Shown here: positions 38,893-53,089 of the stretch, one piece after another
Layout of the letters: every line of letters begins with the position of its first letter
How positions within the stretch are numbered: position 1 is the first letter of the stretch
From: the human T2T-CHM13v2.0 reference genome, Homo sapiens
DNA: 64,000 nt
Assembly: GCF_009914755.1 (NCBI RefSeq)
Contig: NC_060928.1
Direction: 5' to 3' (one strand)
Translations under genes and position numbers: made by a program
The notes under the pieces: generated by a model
Told to the model about the DNA's origin: nothing
The model's database searches: none
Seen by the model: only the letters and a program-made list of their open reading frames with translations

Positions 38893-40099
38893 CGAACATC
38901 TTACAAAGAAAATACCTGTCTAGCCTTTAGAGGTTCCCTTCATTTCTATTTCCTCTGAATATAATATAATGTGTTTCTTGTTGACGTAGCTGATTAGTAA
39001 TTAAAGAAATCTGAACCAACACTCAGAAACCCAAAGGGGATGAAAATAAATGACTGCACATTAGTTTAGGCTGAGGGTTGAGGATGTAATTTATTTATGA
39101 CCTAATGAATTAATTCATGAGAATCTGGATGTGGTTAGGGGATTAAGGTTCTTTACTCTGTAATCTTTGCTTGGAAAACATATAGTTTAGAGGTTTTAGC
39201 CAGCTGCTGATTAAGACCATTAGACAAAAAGCAGGCTGGTTTTCTTTTTTTATACTCACAATCACCTCCAAGCCAAATGTGAGGGCTGCCTTCTACCTGT
39301 CAAAATTGATATACTTTTGAGAACAAATACGTTTCATAGAAAATATTTTAAGCTTTTTCCAGCCAACCTTCCTGTTGATTTTTCAGATCAAGCATTTTTC
39401 TGCATTAAGTAAGCAATAAAAAATAAAACTAAGATATTTATTTTATTGACAACAAAGTAAAAATGTGATGTAAGCTATCATTTTTTTGAAAATAACTACA
39501 TGTATACACAACCATCTCAGAATGTAGTCCTTTATATGAGACTGCTATTGCTGAAAACCTTCTTTCAAAGATGTTGTATAGATAAACTTTATTTATTTTA
39601 TTGAAGATACTGATTAAGATCAGAAATGGTGAAAGTCTCAAAGACAATTAAATCTGGAAGAGTTGTTTTTAAGGTCCTGTATATTTATAAAAGACAATAA
39701 GTAAAGTACTTAAGAAAAGTCAACATCTTATAATAAGATGTGTTTTTTACGCGTAGTTTAGATTAGCAGAAGGCTTGAGTTTCTGCTTCCATTCTCAGCC
39801 TGACATCCATAATCACCACACAGGGGAGTGTGTCATTGGTAGGCAACTGTCAGAGACAGTGGTTAGGAGACAGAAAAGTGCTGTCTCTTGTCCTCTTAAA
39901 AGCCTTAAGTAGGTTCCTTCATCCTCAAGTCTTGCATGAAGATGATGGCCTTCTAACTGGCATTGTTAAATGTGATGAAAAGCAAAACAAAAAGAAATAA
40001 TGTAAATAAACCCAAGCAATCAATCATGAGGATTGAAAATTAAAGATCTGCCCTTCTATTTTATTAAGACCCCTGTTAAAATGTCTAAGAACTAACAGA

Positions 40100-40328
40100 A
40101 AAAGTAATCTCTTTCTTTGACATTCCACAGAACTTTACCTGTACTTTTTTAGGGACACCTTTACCAAAGGTTAGTTAGTGCGAATTATTTACTTTCATAT
40201 GTGATTACATATACTCAATAAGTAAAATAGTTTCTTGAGGGATGGCACAAGTTCTATATCTGTCTCACTGTCCATGGCATATGGCAATTATTAAACAAAT
40301 ATTTTCTGATTAAATGAATAAATAAATG
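40100..40328 (+). mobile_element. L2 3' relic
   Basis: gtttcttgaggga...aaacaaatattttctgattaaatgaataaataaatg. Confidence 0.55.
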
Positions 40329-42655
40329 GGCCAGAACGTTAACCAATGACTACAGCTGAGCTATGTGATTCCTGTCATTATGCTGGTTATAACACTCTGA
40401 TAAAGGAAACACAAAATTTCTTTTAGTGGAGAGAAAGTTTAGAAAATGACCATTTGGAGGCATTTCAGCTCTAGAAGTCTGACTGGTAAAAGGCAGCATG
40501 TGGGCTCCAGTTAATTGAGGGTAAGCTGCTGAGGACATGAACTTTGGAAACAAGAGTAAGGAAAAAGAAAAGCGATGACACCACTTCACCTATTTTACTG
40601 TTTTTCTTAGAGTTGGCTCTGAAAATGGATTTTAAAAATGGCTAATGTCCTCTGATAGATATATCTTTAATCAAAATAATAACAAAAATAATATTACTAT
40701 CTATTAAGCACTGAGCTGTAGTTTCTAATAAAATAAATTTAAAAATAGTTGTTTTATTTTTGCTCATGTTATAATAATTGGGGGTATGTGAATATTTCCA
40801 ATGTCTCCTAAGTTTTTCCTACTGCCATATGGTACATATGTGGGTGGTCTCTTATGATAGTGGCAGTAATAGCATAGTGGTAAAGAGCATGGACTCTAGA
40901 TTCAGAATGCCTGCGGTCCATCATTATCAGCTAAGTGACAGGGCCAACACACAGCATAAGGCTTGACAGTTGAGATAATATATGTAGGAAAAATAAGGAT
41001 TAGGGTTGGGGCCAGAGAATGGAGTCAGCTTTCCCTAAGGCATAGAGATGAGTGGAAGAACAGTGGGTGCTTGTCCAAGATATTAAGAAAGACTCAAGGG
41101 AAAATGGATGTTGAGTAGGCAACCAAAAATATAGATTATATTCTGCCTCTGACTTTGTAGCAGAGCAGGAACTGATCATAACAAAAACTAATCACTCATC
41201 CAGCAGAAATCCCCTACCTTCAGGCTCTCTACCCTCCATTTTCTTGACTTTCTACTAACAAAGAAAATTTATTATTTTTCTCTTATTACACCGTAAAGCT
41301 CTACGTGTACTCAATAACTAACTTAGCAGAAAGATACACATTTGTTTTGTTTCTCTTAGGTTGCTAAATTTGTCTGAATTATTTATAGTGGACAAAATTA
41401 ACTTCTTTTCATGGTCTAGGTGGTTCTTTCATAGGACTCCCCTTTTTCCCACAAGATATTAGAAACCTTTGATAATTCCTTTGATAAGGTATGGCACATT
41501 GTTATCTTGTAAACTATCAAGGCTTTAATCTTAATTATATTCTATCTCAAATCACAACTTTGAAAACATCTTTATCAAATATTTTCCTTAGACAATTTAT
41601 TCTTAAAACACACCATATATACATACTTGTTTCAATATACCTTTCTAGAAAAGCACCTGCTTTTATTATAAGAGTGTCTTTAAACTACAGCATTTCACCA
41701 ATTTATTTTTTCAGATTTTAAACATAAATTCAAATCACATGCAACTATTTTCCCAACTTTATTCTAAAATGTCATTTTACTCTTACATATGAATTAAAGA
41801 CTGACAATAATTGTTATAACCTATTCTTATATTTTGTTTGCTACATATTGGCTTATTGATAGGTCATCTTTAAAACTCTTTATTCATTGGCTTTTATTTT
41901 TCACGCAGATTTACTATAAACACATGCTGATAGAAAAACACTATCATAAGATTTGAAGTGAGAGGTTAAGTGATCATTTACTCTATACCACAAAGCATAA
42001 GCTTAAGTAGAAGGAAGTAGAAAACAGAAAACATAAGCTTAAGTAGAAAGAAGTATAAATGTGTGTCTTTCAATCAATAATTTAATAGGCACAGCAAGAG
42101 TATAATTGTATTAATAAACACTTTACATCCAAAGTTTCTTATAGAGCTTATTTTTTCTCAATTACCATATATAGCAGATGACATTATTATCCTCATTTTA
42201 CACTTAAAAAAACCTAATGTATATTGAGGTGAAGCAATTCAAGGTATCTGTTTAACAAATGACACCAAGAGTATAGATGCAGAGTGTGGTGTACATGTGA
42301 CCCCTTTTATCCTCTTGCATACTTTGTATTAAACTGTGAAGGCATACTTGTCTGTAAGACTAAAAATGGAGGCTGTCACTCTGATTCTCTTCAATGAAAA
42401 TACCTATATGATCTGTCTAATGAATGCAGGCCCTAAATTTCAATTTAGTCTCTGTAGACAATTTAGTCCACATTTTACTGAACCATTAACACTGATTTTA
42501 TTTTTCCATTATTTAAATCGATTCTGGCTCTCTTCTTTTCTACTCTTTACATTTAATCATGTGAAATATGATAGTAAAATGTACTGTAACTAATGTGTTT
42601 AAAAAGAAAAATCGATAGGATGCAACAGATAACAACTTCACCCTCTGCTACCCTT

Positions 42656-42775
42656 GTGCATTCAAGCCTGGTTTAGGGTGAGGAGAAGGGTGAGTACTAT
42701 TTTTCCACCACTTGAAAGGAGGGTGGAAAAATAGTACCCACCCTACTCCCCACCCCAAACCAGGCTTGAATGCAC
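42656..42775. repeat. 120-bp near-perfect inverted repeat (54-bp arms, 4 mismatches, 12-nt loop)
   Basis: gtgcattcaagcctggttt...ctatttttccacc (42656-42709) versus ggtggaaaaatag...aaaccaggcttgaatgcac (42722-42775). Confidence 0.95.
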
Positions 42776-43915
42776 CAGCTTTCATAACTTATCTGAGCAC
42801 TCTGAGATTTCCCTGGTCACTTCAAGTCAAAAAAAAAATCTCATTTCAGTGATTCAAATGTCAATTCCAAGTAAAAGACAAAATTAAATTTTATTTTACA
42901 TATCTCTCTGCTATGAATGTAGCCTCCTCGGGGGCAGGCCCTGCCCTTACAAAACACAGAGCATGGATAAGACAATCTGTGCTTCCTGTAGGCAGCACAT
43001 TTCCAAGAAGACATTTTTCTTTAAAGTCCAAAATCATTATCGTATTAAGTAAAAATTGTTTCCCAGGGCTGGAATGATGAAAGGGTAGAAAGAAAGAAGG
43101 AGTATTGTGATAGCAGATCTGCCTTCACATAGAAAGGAAAATAGGGAGTGAGAAAGATTTGTTTCGATTTCATGTTATGCGGTAAGCAAAACACCCTGTT
43201 CTGCAGATTTCACAGTGGCCCACAGGAAACACACACCAATTGTTGGTGTGATCCCAGTCACTTCCTTCCCATAGCTCTCTTTTCTATTGTCTCAGCCATC
43301 TTCTTACCCTTCTAATGTGTGAGACATTGGTTAGAATGCAGTTCAGTCTGGCTAAATGTTTCCAGCATCCCACACGGTCCCATAGAAACCTTTCTCAACC
43401 TTCTTTTACAAACTCAGGGACATGCTTACCCAATGATAGAAAAAAAGATGCTCAGTCTCCAGCTTTGCAATAACTGCTCAGGTGTCCTAGTTCCCATTTT
43501 AGAAAGTGACAGTAATTAGGACGCTTACAGAAAAAAAAAATAATCACTCCCCCAGTGATTGAAATAAGCAGTCGAATTTAAAAGCATGGCCTGGAGTCCA
43601 TCTGTATGAATGTCTGAAGGCAGGAACAGATGTCCACACCCTCTTTCCTTAGAGAAAAGCTCAGAAAGGTTAAATTAACTTGCTTAAGGCCACAGAACTA
43701 GTATAACGCAGAGCCTGAAGAACAGACTAAATTTTCCAGGCCTAAAATGGTGAATTTTCTATTACGATGACTTCTGATCATAGAAACCTGTAAGATAAAG
43801 GCTAGGAGAAACCTGCTAGAACCAGAAAAGGGACACTTATGTCCTGTCATCCCTTTTATTTATAGTTCTAATACCTTTATGTGAAACACACAATTAGGTA
43901 CAAGGGATAAAGCTA

Positions 43916-43995
43916 CTAAGTTGGTGCAAAAGTTATTGCGGTGCTTACCATTGAAAGTAATGGCAAAAACCGCAATTACTTTTGTACCAACCTAA
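43916..43995. mobile_element. MADE1 (Hsmar1-derived 80-bp MITE; miR-548-type hairpin)
   Basis: ctaagttggtgcaaaagttattgcgg...ccgcaattacttttgtaccaacctaa flanked by TA. Confidence 0.93.
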
Positions 43996-44014
43996 TATAT
44001 TTACTCTCTTTGTC

Positions 44015-44381
44015 TTTCTGCTTGCTGTTCCCCCTGGCTGGAACTCTCCCTTCCCTGAGGTCTGCAGGCCTCCATCCCTAACTTAAACTCCTCTCTGAAA
44101 TGTTCCTTATCAACAGACTCTCCAGGACTGGACTAAACTAAATAAAACAACACTCTCTAAAACGGACTATCTAATTCCCCCTACCGGCTTCATTTTTCTC
44201 CCTAGCCCTTATCATCATCTTATACAGTCTATACTAATTTTGTATTGTCTTGCTGTCCCAACTAGAGTATCAGCTGCTTCGGGACAGACTCATTTTGTTT
44301 CACTGCTGTGTCCCCAGCAACTAGAACAGTGCAAGGCACAGAGTAGATGCTCAATTAACATTTGTTGAGTGAATGAATGAA
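44015..44381 (+). mobile_element. L2a 3' end
   Basis: ttcactgctgtgtccccagcaactagaacagtgc..ggcacagagtagatgctcaattaacatttgttgagtgaatgaatgaa. Confidence 0.85.
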
Positions 44382-44634
44382 CACATAAATTGAGATTATA
44401 ATATTTTCCAAGGACATAAAACACATACATAAATTATCACAATGTAGAGCAGAATGTTACAAATAAGAGGAGAAAAAAACATTATTTATGGGGTGATCAT
44501 CAGGTATCAAGACTGGTATTTAAACACAATTATTACAGCATTTATTGGGCAATGATAAAATACAGCACAATACAGGATATCAGATGGAAGTAACACTCAA
44601 TTTCAGATTAAAACCAAATATAAGAACACTTATT

Positions 44635-44865
44635 TGGAAAGCAGAAAGACACAGAAGTTAAAAGCACAGGGTTAGGAAAAAGATTTCCTGGGATTCAGAT
44701 ACTGGCTCTCTCTTTGTTTAACTATGGCACTTCTCTATACTCACATATATCTCTCTGTAAAAGAATAATAATAATCATATGTACTATATATTTTAATTGA
44801 GAAGATTAAATGAGATAATCCAGGTGAAGTGCCCGGGCCATATTAAATTACCAATAAGTATTAAT
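44635..44865 (+). mobile_element. MIR
   Basis: gttaaaagcacagg...ctgtaaaagaataataataat...gaagattaaatgagataat. Confidence 0.65.
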
Positions 44866-45607
44866 TTCTTTTTGCAATTTTACATAAAATCATTTCCTCT
44901 TGACCTGCTCTTGAAAATGTGTTTATTTAGAAATAAGCCTATTTATCTATATTATTGGAAGGTAAAATAATATATCCAATTATAACAACTAAAAAACTTG
45001 TGTTATAATGGGAAAAAGTACCATTTACATTCCAGCTGTGAAACCTTATGAATGCTAATGAAATCAATGTGGTATTATTTGACTGGAACAGATATTTAAT
45101 TTTTATATAAATATATGGCTGTCAGTTAATATTTGGGTATTAAAATAGAACCATAAAATCACGTTATACCTCATTATGCCATTAAGCACAACCTATTGTA
45201 CTTGTTAATTAAAACCTCCAAAATATTAACATCAGACAGTTTAAGTATTAGCAAACTAAGAACATGGCTAATTAAAATTTAAGAGGAATATTTCCGTGAT
45301 TGTTTTCATGAGAAATATGTTTATATTTCACTTATGAGCAGGACTGATATTCAGCTGGAATGTACTGGTGGCCTTAACCATTGCTTCCAGTTGGCTAATG
45401 TTCTGAATGGTTAGCGTCTTTATATGCTCTGCTTGTATGTACATGTTCTGAATTCAAATGATTTCCAAAATTCCAGAGTAATTTTAAAACCAAAACAGGA
45501 CTCAAGTGTTAACAGTGTGACCAATTTTTCTCTTTTATATCAATATATAATAGTCAGTTTTTCCCTAAAAGAGGGACCTATTGAGGACATTTAGATATTA
45601 TTTCTTT

Positions 45608-45840
45608 TTTTTTAAATTATTATATGTTAAGTTCTAGGGTACATGTGCACAATGTGCAGGTTTGTTACATATGTATAAATGTGCCATGTTGGTGTGCTGC
45701 ACCCATTAACTCATCATTTACATCAGGTATATCTCCTAATGCTATCCCTCCCCCCTCCCCCAACCCGACGACAGGCCCCGGTGTGTGGTGTTCCCCACCC
45801 TGTGTCCAAGGGTTCTCATTGTTCAATTCCCACCTATGAG
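45608..45840 (-). mobile_element. L1PA4/5-like 3' end, heavily 5'-truncated (about 230 bp)
   Basis: ttctagggtacatgtgcacaatgtgcaggtttgttac...ctcattgttcaattcccacctatgag; 15-bp TSD agatattatttcttt at 45593-45607 and 45839-45853. Confidence 0.95.
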
Positions 45841-46434
45841 ATATTATTTCTTTACATAAAATGTACCTTCTGCTAAAGTACAATATGAGAATTTCGAATG
45901 GTACCTTAAATCCATTTTGTTTCTCACTTCAATTCTGTTTGAAAGTGTTTGAGAACTTTAACCTCTTTAATTTATATTGAGAGCTGAAACATTTATTTTA
46001 TACTAGATTTCATTAGTGTTAAAATGATGTTACAATATGGTAATAGCCACAACTTTTTTTTAAATAGCACTACTTATAACCATACCAAGTATTGTGCAAA
46101 ATTTATTTTTAACAAGTGATAACCAAGTGATTTCCAACATCTCCTTATTTGCTGTGAACGTGCAAACAAAAGGTGTCCTTTAGTTTTTGTTTTATCTATA
46201 TGTTTGAATACTAACGGGACTTGTCAAATATTTAATACTAGCTTAATAAAATTTATCACATATTTTTTCTCAGATATTCTTAAACCTACTTTATCATATT
46301 TTTATATTCTTAACCTGAAAATTATATTTAAATATATGAAAGTTTGATGTATTGAGTATAGAGTAGAAAATAAAATGAGAATATATTATTCTGATTAAAA
46401 ATACTAACACAAAAATTATAATAAGCACAAAAAT

Positions 46435-46600
46435 AATAATATTTTGGAAGCTTAATACGTGCTAGACTTCAGGATAATTATGTGGCATATTTAATTCACA
46501 TATAGTCTGTGATAGAGAAAATCTATTTGTTTCCTATTTACATAGAGGACTCTAGAGCTCAGAAAGCATCCATTGCCTGGGGTCACCCAATTAATTTACA
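46435..46600 (-). mobile_element. MIR relic
   Basis: aataatatttt...cctatttacatagaggactctagagctcagaaag. Confidence 0.5.
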
Positions 46601-47377
46601 ACTGTAGCAGGCGGACACTGATTTTGGTAAGTTGAGTATGCCATTTTTGTCTTGAAATTGCAATTATGATAATCTAATTTAAAATAAACATAAGTAACTT
46701 TTTCAGTAAAGGTCAGTGTAAAACTATGTTAATCCTAGTCCATTATAACCCTAAAAAATATACAAACATAGAGGTATGGCAAAATCAGTTAGATCCCAAG
46801 GTATTCATAAAATTAGAATTGTCAGGCAGAAAAAGTTAAAGAACTCATCTCCAAAATGTTTTAGCACATTTAATTTAATTCCCAAATTAATTTCCATTAC
46901 AGAACTTTTGAAACGCTAAGATGGGTTTAAAAAACAAATTCTAGATTTTATAAAACAAGCACACAGAGTGAAGGTCCATAGAACTCCTTTAGACAACTGT
47001 TGCTTACATTAAAAATAGCTTTGTCAATCTTTCATTTTTTTTGCCAGGTGTAAAATCTGGCACTTTTTATGAGTTATTTAGGTTAGGTTGTTAAGTGTTC
47101 ATTTTGTTCATACAGAGTTTAGAATTAAGACTAAATCTTTTTGAGGGAATGGAATCCCCGTGTCCTCTCTGGATCTTCTTTAAGCTCTAGAACTTGCAGT
47201 CAGTCTATCCCAGGAGTTTGTTTCTTACAGTCTCCTGTAGTGGTCTGTATGATCATGTTGTACCACAGAGGATGCTGAACTCTTTCTCCAAATAGAACTG
47301 GGGCTGTTGTCATTATGCCTCATCTTGGAAAACTCACTAGGATAGCTCTTTGCTGTAGGGAACCCCCATTAAAATGA

Positions 47378-47678
<301 letters not shown>

Positions 47679-48115
47679 TGAATTCTTTCTTAATCTACTA
47701 GAAAATCATACTAATGGGTATAAATGTTCAACTAAAACATGTAGGAATTCCTATTACCTGATTTAACTCTCCTTAGTGAAATATTTTAAGAAGAATGAAC
47801 ATCTCTGAAGAAATTCTGTATTTATTTTGAATAAATTTTCTGTTTCTATAATCTAAGAGTTTTTCTTCTCTCTCTAGTATAAATGAAGACTCAGACTTAT
47901 GTAGTACCTTTAGAAAACTTCTTCCTTGTGTGTTTAACATAGGTTTTAATTATATGTGAAATTCATGCAAGGAAGAAAAATAAATGTATGAATGACCATC
48001 TTGGTAGCAAATGTTAAGAATGCAACTCAGCTTGGCTTAAGAAAAAAATAGTTATTATTTCAAATTTTAAAATATGGGAAAGGCAGGGGCAAAACTAGGC
48101 ACAAAACAAAATATT

Positions 48116-48417
48116 GTTTTTTTGGTTCTGTTTTTTTTTTTGTTTGTTTGTTTGAGACAGGTTCTTGCTCTGCCACTGAGCTTGGAGTGCGGTGGTGTAA
48201 GCACAGTTCACTGCAGCTTCTGCCTCCTGAGCTCAAGTGATTCTCCCACCTCAGCATCTCAAGTGGCTGCGACCACGGATGCATGCCACAATGTGTAGCT
48301 AATTTTTTAAATTTTTTTGTAAAAACAGAGTCTCACTATGTTGCCTAAGCTGGTCTCTAACTCCTGGCTCAAAGATCCTCCCAGCTGGCCTCCCAAAGGG
48401 CTGCCACTCCAGCCCGT
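48116..48417 (-). mobile_element. AluJ
   Basis: J features (gctcaagtgattctcccacc, ctcctggctcaa); perfect 13-bp TSD aaaacaaaatatt at 48103-48115 and 48418-48430. Confidence 0.88.
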
Positions 48418-49729
48418 AAAACAAAATATTATAATAACATGATCCTGTATAGCATTTCCTACACAGCTGGAAACATGGTCACTTACAGTAATTAAGCATA
48501 CATCTGCCATCAGACAGTAGAGTCATCATAGAGATACCAATTGGCCGAGTGTGGATAAAGGTCCATTCTTGAATTAATGACTAGGGTGAGTATTCAATGT
48601 GCTAAAGTAACATATTTTACTCATCTTCAATTAGATTCCACCCAAATCCCTAAATCCAGAAACCTTGAGTGTGGAAGAAGATGACAAAGCCCAATGAGAT
48701 GTTATAAGTAGATAGAAACAAGTCATTTTGTAGAAGATACAGCACTTTGTTGAGGAGCAATAGCATAGATACATTCTTTATCATGTAACATTGAAATTAG
48801 ATACTTATGAGCAATGACTTTTCTCTTAGACTGTAAATTCTGGTTCACGATTTACTCATCTTTGAAACCTGGACATTTAGAGGACCTGGCTTATATGTGT
48901 GCTCAATAAATAGAACTACATTTAATCGAGTATTAAGATGATATAAACTGTTTCTGTAGTAATGGTTTAAATTTTATTTGGTACTGGGCATAATAGTTAT
49001 ACTGAGCTATTTATTTCTTAGCTCTGAATAATGCAAATTATTTGATTTATGTTACATTCCAGTATTTCCTTTGTTATCAATCATCCTAATGCAGCTTAGT
49101 CTTCCTTATTTTTCAGGATATGAAACAGTGATGTATTTACATTTCAGTTTAATTCAGTGAAAGTCTCATCTTCTTCTGCTCTTCAAGATTTGTCTTAAGA
49201 AAACATATTAAAATAAGAACAGTCATTCTTTATACAAGCTTCGTTTCTCAGCCTGTGACTAGTCAATAAAGATTATAAACAGGGATAACTCCCAAGAGGA
49301 ATTTTGGCTCCAAAAAATATTTTCAGGCATATTAAAAGATGAAGATTCTTAGCAGTAGGAAAATATCACCAGCACATATGTGCTGCTAGCATTTAATAAT
49401 AATTAAATGTCTGCTGGAGCAAGTTACATTATGAAGTAATTTAAAACTTTCAACAAGGAGTAGTAAGATATTTACCTTATTAGTTTCGTTTTTTAATCCC
49501 TGAAGAAAGGATTAACATTATATTCCTAAATAGCTTGGTATTGCAGAATTCTTCTACTCTAAGCTTTAAAGGCTACTGATGTTATTTTGCTTTTGCATTC
49601 TTGTCATATTTTTTAACAAGTGATACATAGAACAAGTCCAAATTATATCATATATCATGAAGTGCTTTTATGTTCTTTATTTGCCTTTGCCTTTATTTTC
49701 TATCATTGGCATTTCATATATAATTCATC

Positions 49730-49930
49730 ACTAAAGTTATTGAGTAAAAAATGTCATCAGAGATTTTCATTAGCTATTATGTTAGACTGTGGCAAATTTA
49801 CTTGTTGGTAATTACCAGCCCTCTCCTCAGTTTACAGATGTGGAAACAAAAGATCCAAAATATGTATTACCTTATCCAAGGTTGCACAGTTAATTCAATA
49901 GCAGAGAGGTGCCTAGAATTTGTCTGCCTC
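49730..49930 (-). mobile_element. MIR
   Basis: cagtttacagatgtggaaaca...cttatccaaggttgcacagttaa. Confidence 0.6.
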
Positions 49931-52398
49931 ATAAAATATGCTATAAAATTATCATAATTATAATAGTGCATATTTTTCAGTACACTGCCATTCTAGCTGC
50001 TGAAGATATGGAGATGAATATTATCTAAGGCATGCAGGTCAATTTGCCTGCAAAAAGAGACACAGTCTAAGGTATCAAAACAGCACCAGAAGATCTTTAC
50101 ACACATATTCTGTTACCAAAGTAAACTCGGTGAATTTTTCTTTATTGTATTAATTTTTTGTTAAACATTTGAAAAATTCATTCTATTTCCAATATGCTGA
50201 TTTACATTAATTTGAGAAAAAGACATATCCTTTCATTACTTGGAATGCTTCTTTTAGCTTTTCTCACTGACAACCTTGAAAATTTAAATAGAATGTGTTT
50301 AGCTAGGTCATTTTAATTTTTGTATCACTGTACATCAATTTTCATCTTTTAATACTTTTTCTACATGTAAAAATGAGAGGAAAGAATTAGATTAAAAATC
50401 ATAGAAAAACTTATTTAATTATTCCCACCTTCTTATTTATACTTATTTAGTTTGGAAAATGCTTCTTAGTAAGTGTTTAGTTAAAAAAAATACATTTTTA
50501 TTTGAGACTGGGATTTCCAGTGGCAATGCTGGTAGAGGCATAGCTTGTGAAGCAAAATTTCTGGACCGGACTAGCCCTCTGCATGTTATTAGAGAGTACA
50601 AAATTATCCTCCCCTGGCACATTTGCAAGAGGCAGCTCTTAGAAAGTAAACTCTCTCTACAGGCTATTGATATGAAGCACACTGATCTCATGCAAAGAAC
50701 TGTGCAGCTGGTGCCATGGGAGAAGACCGTCAGATCCTTTCTAATGGAAAAATGAAGTCAGACCAAGCTTGCCTCCTTTCTTTACAAAATGTAATTATGT
50801 AAATGACAAAGCTCTATTATAGACAATGTTTATAATTAGCACTATTTTCCCTTTAATTTTAAATAAAGCATGTTAGTTGTGAGTGCCATGCCAACATATT
50901 TTCTACAGATGCTATAAACAATGCACAATCAGAAATCCATTTGGGTTGTTTTTGTGGTTATTATTTCAAATTGTGAAAACTCATAATAAATATCAATGTA
51001 ATGAATAAACACCATTATATGTTGATAAACATCATACTCTTTCAATTTCAGACAAAACCAATGAATATTAATCAGAATGTTGGCTCTGCAATGATGACAT
51101 CAAATGGGGTTTCCAATACCTATTAGGCTTCTCTCATAGTTCTGTTCTAATAAGACCACTGGAATGGTTTATTGTATTCACAGCTCAAAATTTAACAGAA
51201 TGGCATTTCCATATTTACAAAATGCAAAGGGAAATAAAATATTAGTTTTGTGGGGAAGTGGTTTAGTTTCAATATCTAGCCAGCCTTTAAGCAAACAATT
51301 GAGTTTTTCATGCTCTCATTACATGAGGTCCTCCGTTTCCTTCAACTTTTGAATTTAAATACACTATGACTTATGGAAAGTGGTAATATAATTTAGTAGT
51401 TCAAGAGGTAAATTACAGACATGTAAATTAGTTTACTTTTTAGATTCTAAGCAACAGCAAATGTTAGTTTGATTTTAGAAGCAGCTGCCCAGTTTAGATA
51501 CCAGTTAATCTTCGTTATTTATACCTGGCTCTATTATTTATTGTAAAATTCTGAACTAGTAACTTGACGTCTTTTCTCCTTGGTTTTCTCCTGGATAAAA
51601 AGATAGGCACTCAGCAGACTCAACAATGGCTTCTTGCTACATCAAGCTATCATCTGTGCATTCATGTAAACATGTGTAACCCTACAAAATTCGGCTATGG
51701 TTAGGTCTGCATTAGAATTTCAAATCCTTAACTTTGAACTTATTAAATCAATTTCATATGTTGTGCCATTAATAACAAGGTTTACAGAGTTAAGAGAGAT
51801 GACTGTATAATTACAATAGGAATCTACTTGCAAAATTAGACGTTTGAAAAGTTTTAATGCTTCATATAGACTCTAATTCACATGTAAATCCTATTTAATG
51901 TAAACAACTATAAAACATTTGATTCATCCGGTTGTATTAAGTCAACTGAATAACACCAAATTCAAAGACTCTTATTTAAAATCTGACCAGAATTTTACAT
52001 GTACCCAATGTTTAAAATTTTATTTCTGTGTATAGATCCTGGTTGGTTTTATGTAATATGTGGATTACAAGTTTATAAGAAGTCAACTCTATAATTATCT
52101 TATTTATTTCCTGTTTTGGCTATTTCACTGTTAGCACCTTTACTCACAGGTGATAAGGTACAATTAGAAGATATAAAAATTAAATCAGTCAATGTTGCTT
52201 TTTATGTTAGCAAGAACTGATAGAAAGGGCTTGAAATTATTGACTAAAATGAATTCTTGAACATCTGTGATTTGTAACTATATCAAGTTACTCATTCCTT
52301 CCGTTCTTGTAGAAAATCAAGAACCAGCTTATGTATGATAGGACTTCTGTATGTTTACCTGGTCTGGACAGAAGTATAACACCATGCAATTGGTTTTC

Positions 52399-52616
<218 letters not shown>

Positions 52617-53089
52617 TAATAACTCCTACATACCAAACACTTGCTATGTAGTATATTTGCTGACATGGTGTGCATTCATTTTTAATTCACCTTAAGTTTC
52701 CCATAATATGAGTTAGTTATAAAATCCTCCATTTCTTGAATTTTCATGGTGTTTCTTAACATTTTATTTAATAAAAATGACTGTACAGCACAATGGACAA
52801 AATTAGAGGCGGCTGTTCCCTGCTGAGGATAACTGGTCACTACCCTGCAATGCAAATGGTGGAAAACCAGTTAGGAAGCTATGGAGGGTGATCTAGAGGA
52901 GACAGATAGCATGCTTTCTTCTCTTCAATATTTCTTTATTCTTTCCAATTATGACTTTTGTTTTCCTTTCATGAAAATACCTACATGTAAATTAACTCTT
53001 ATAGACTGTAGCATTCTCCCCATCAGACAAGCCTGAAAAGGCTAAATTCTAGTGTGGAATCAATATGAGAGTCTTATTCTACGCCATAC

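Noticed and set aside
41996-42055. 36-bp-period duplication of cataagcttaagtagaa.gaagta
   Set aside because: Ordinary local duplication
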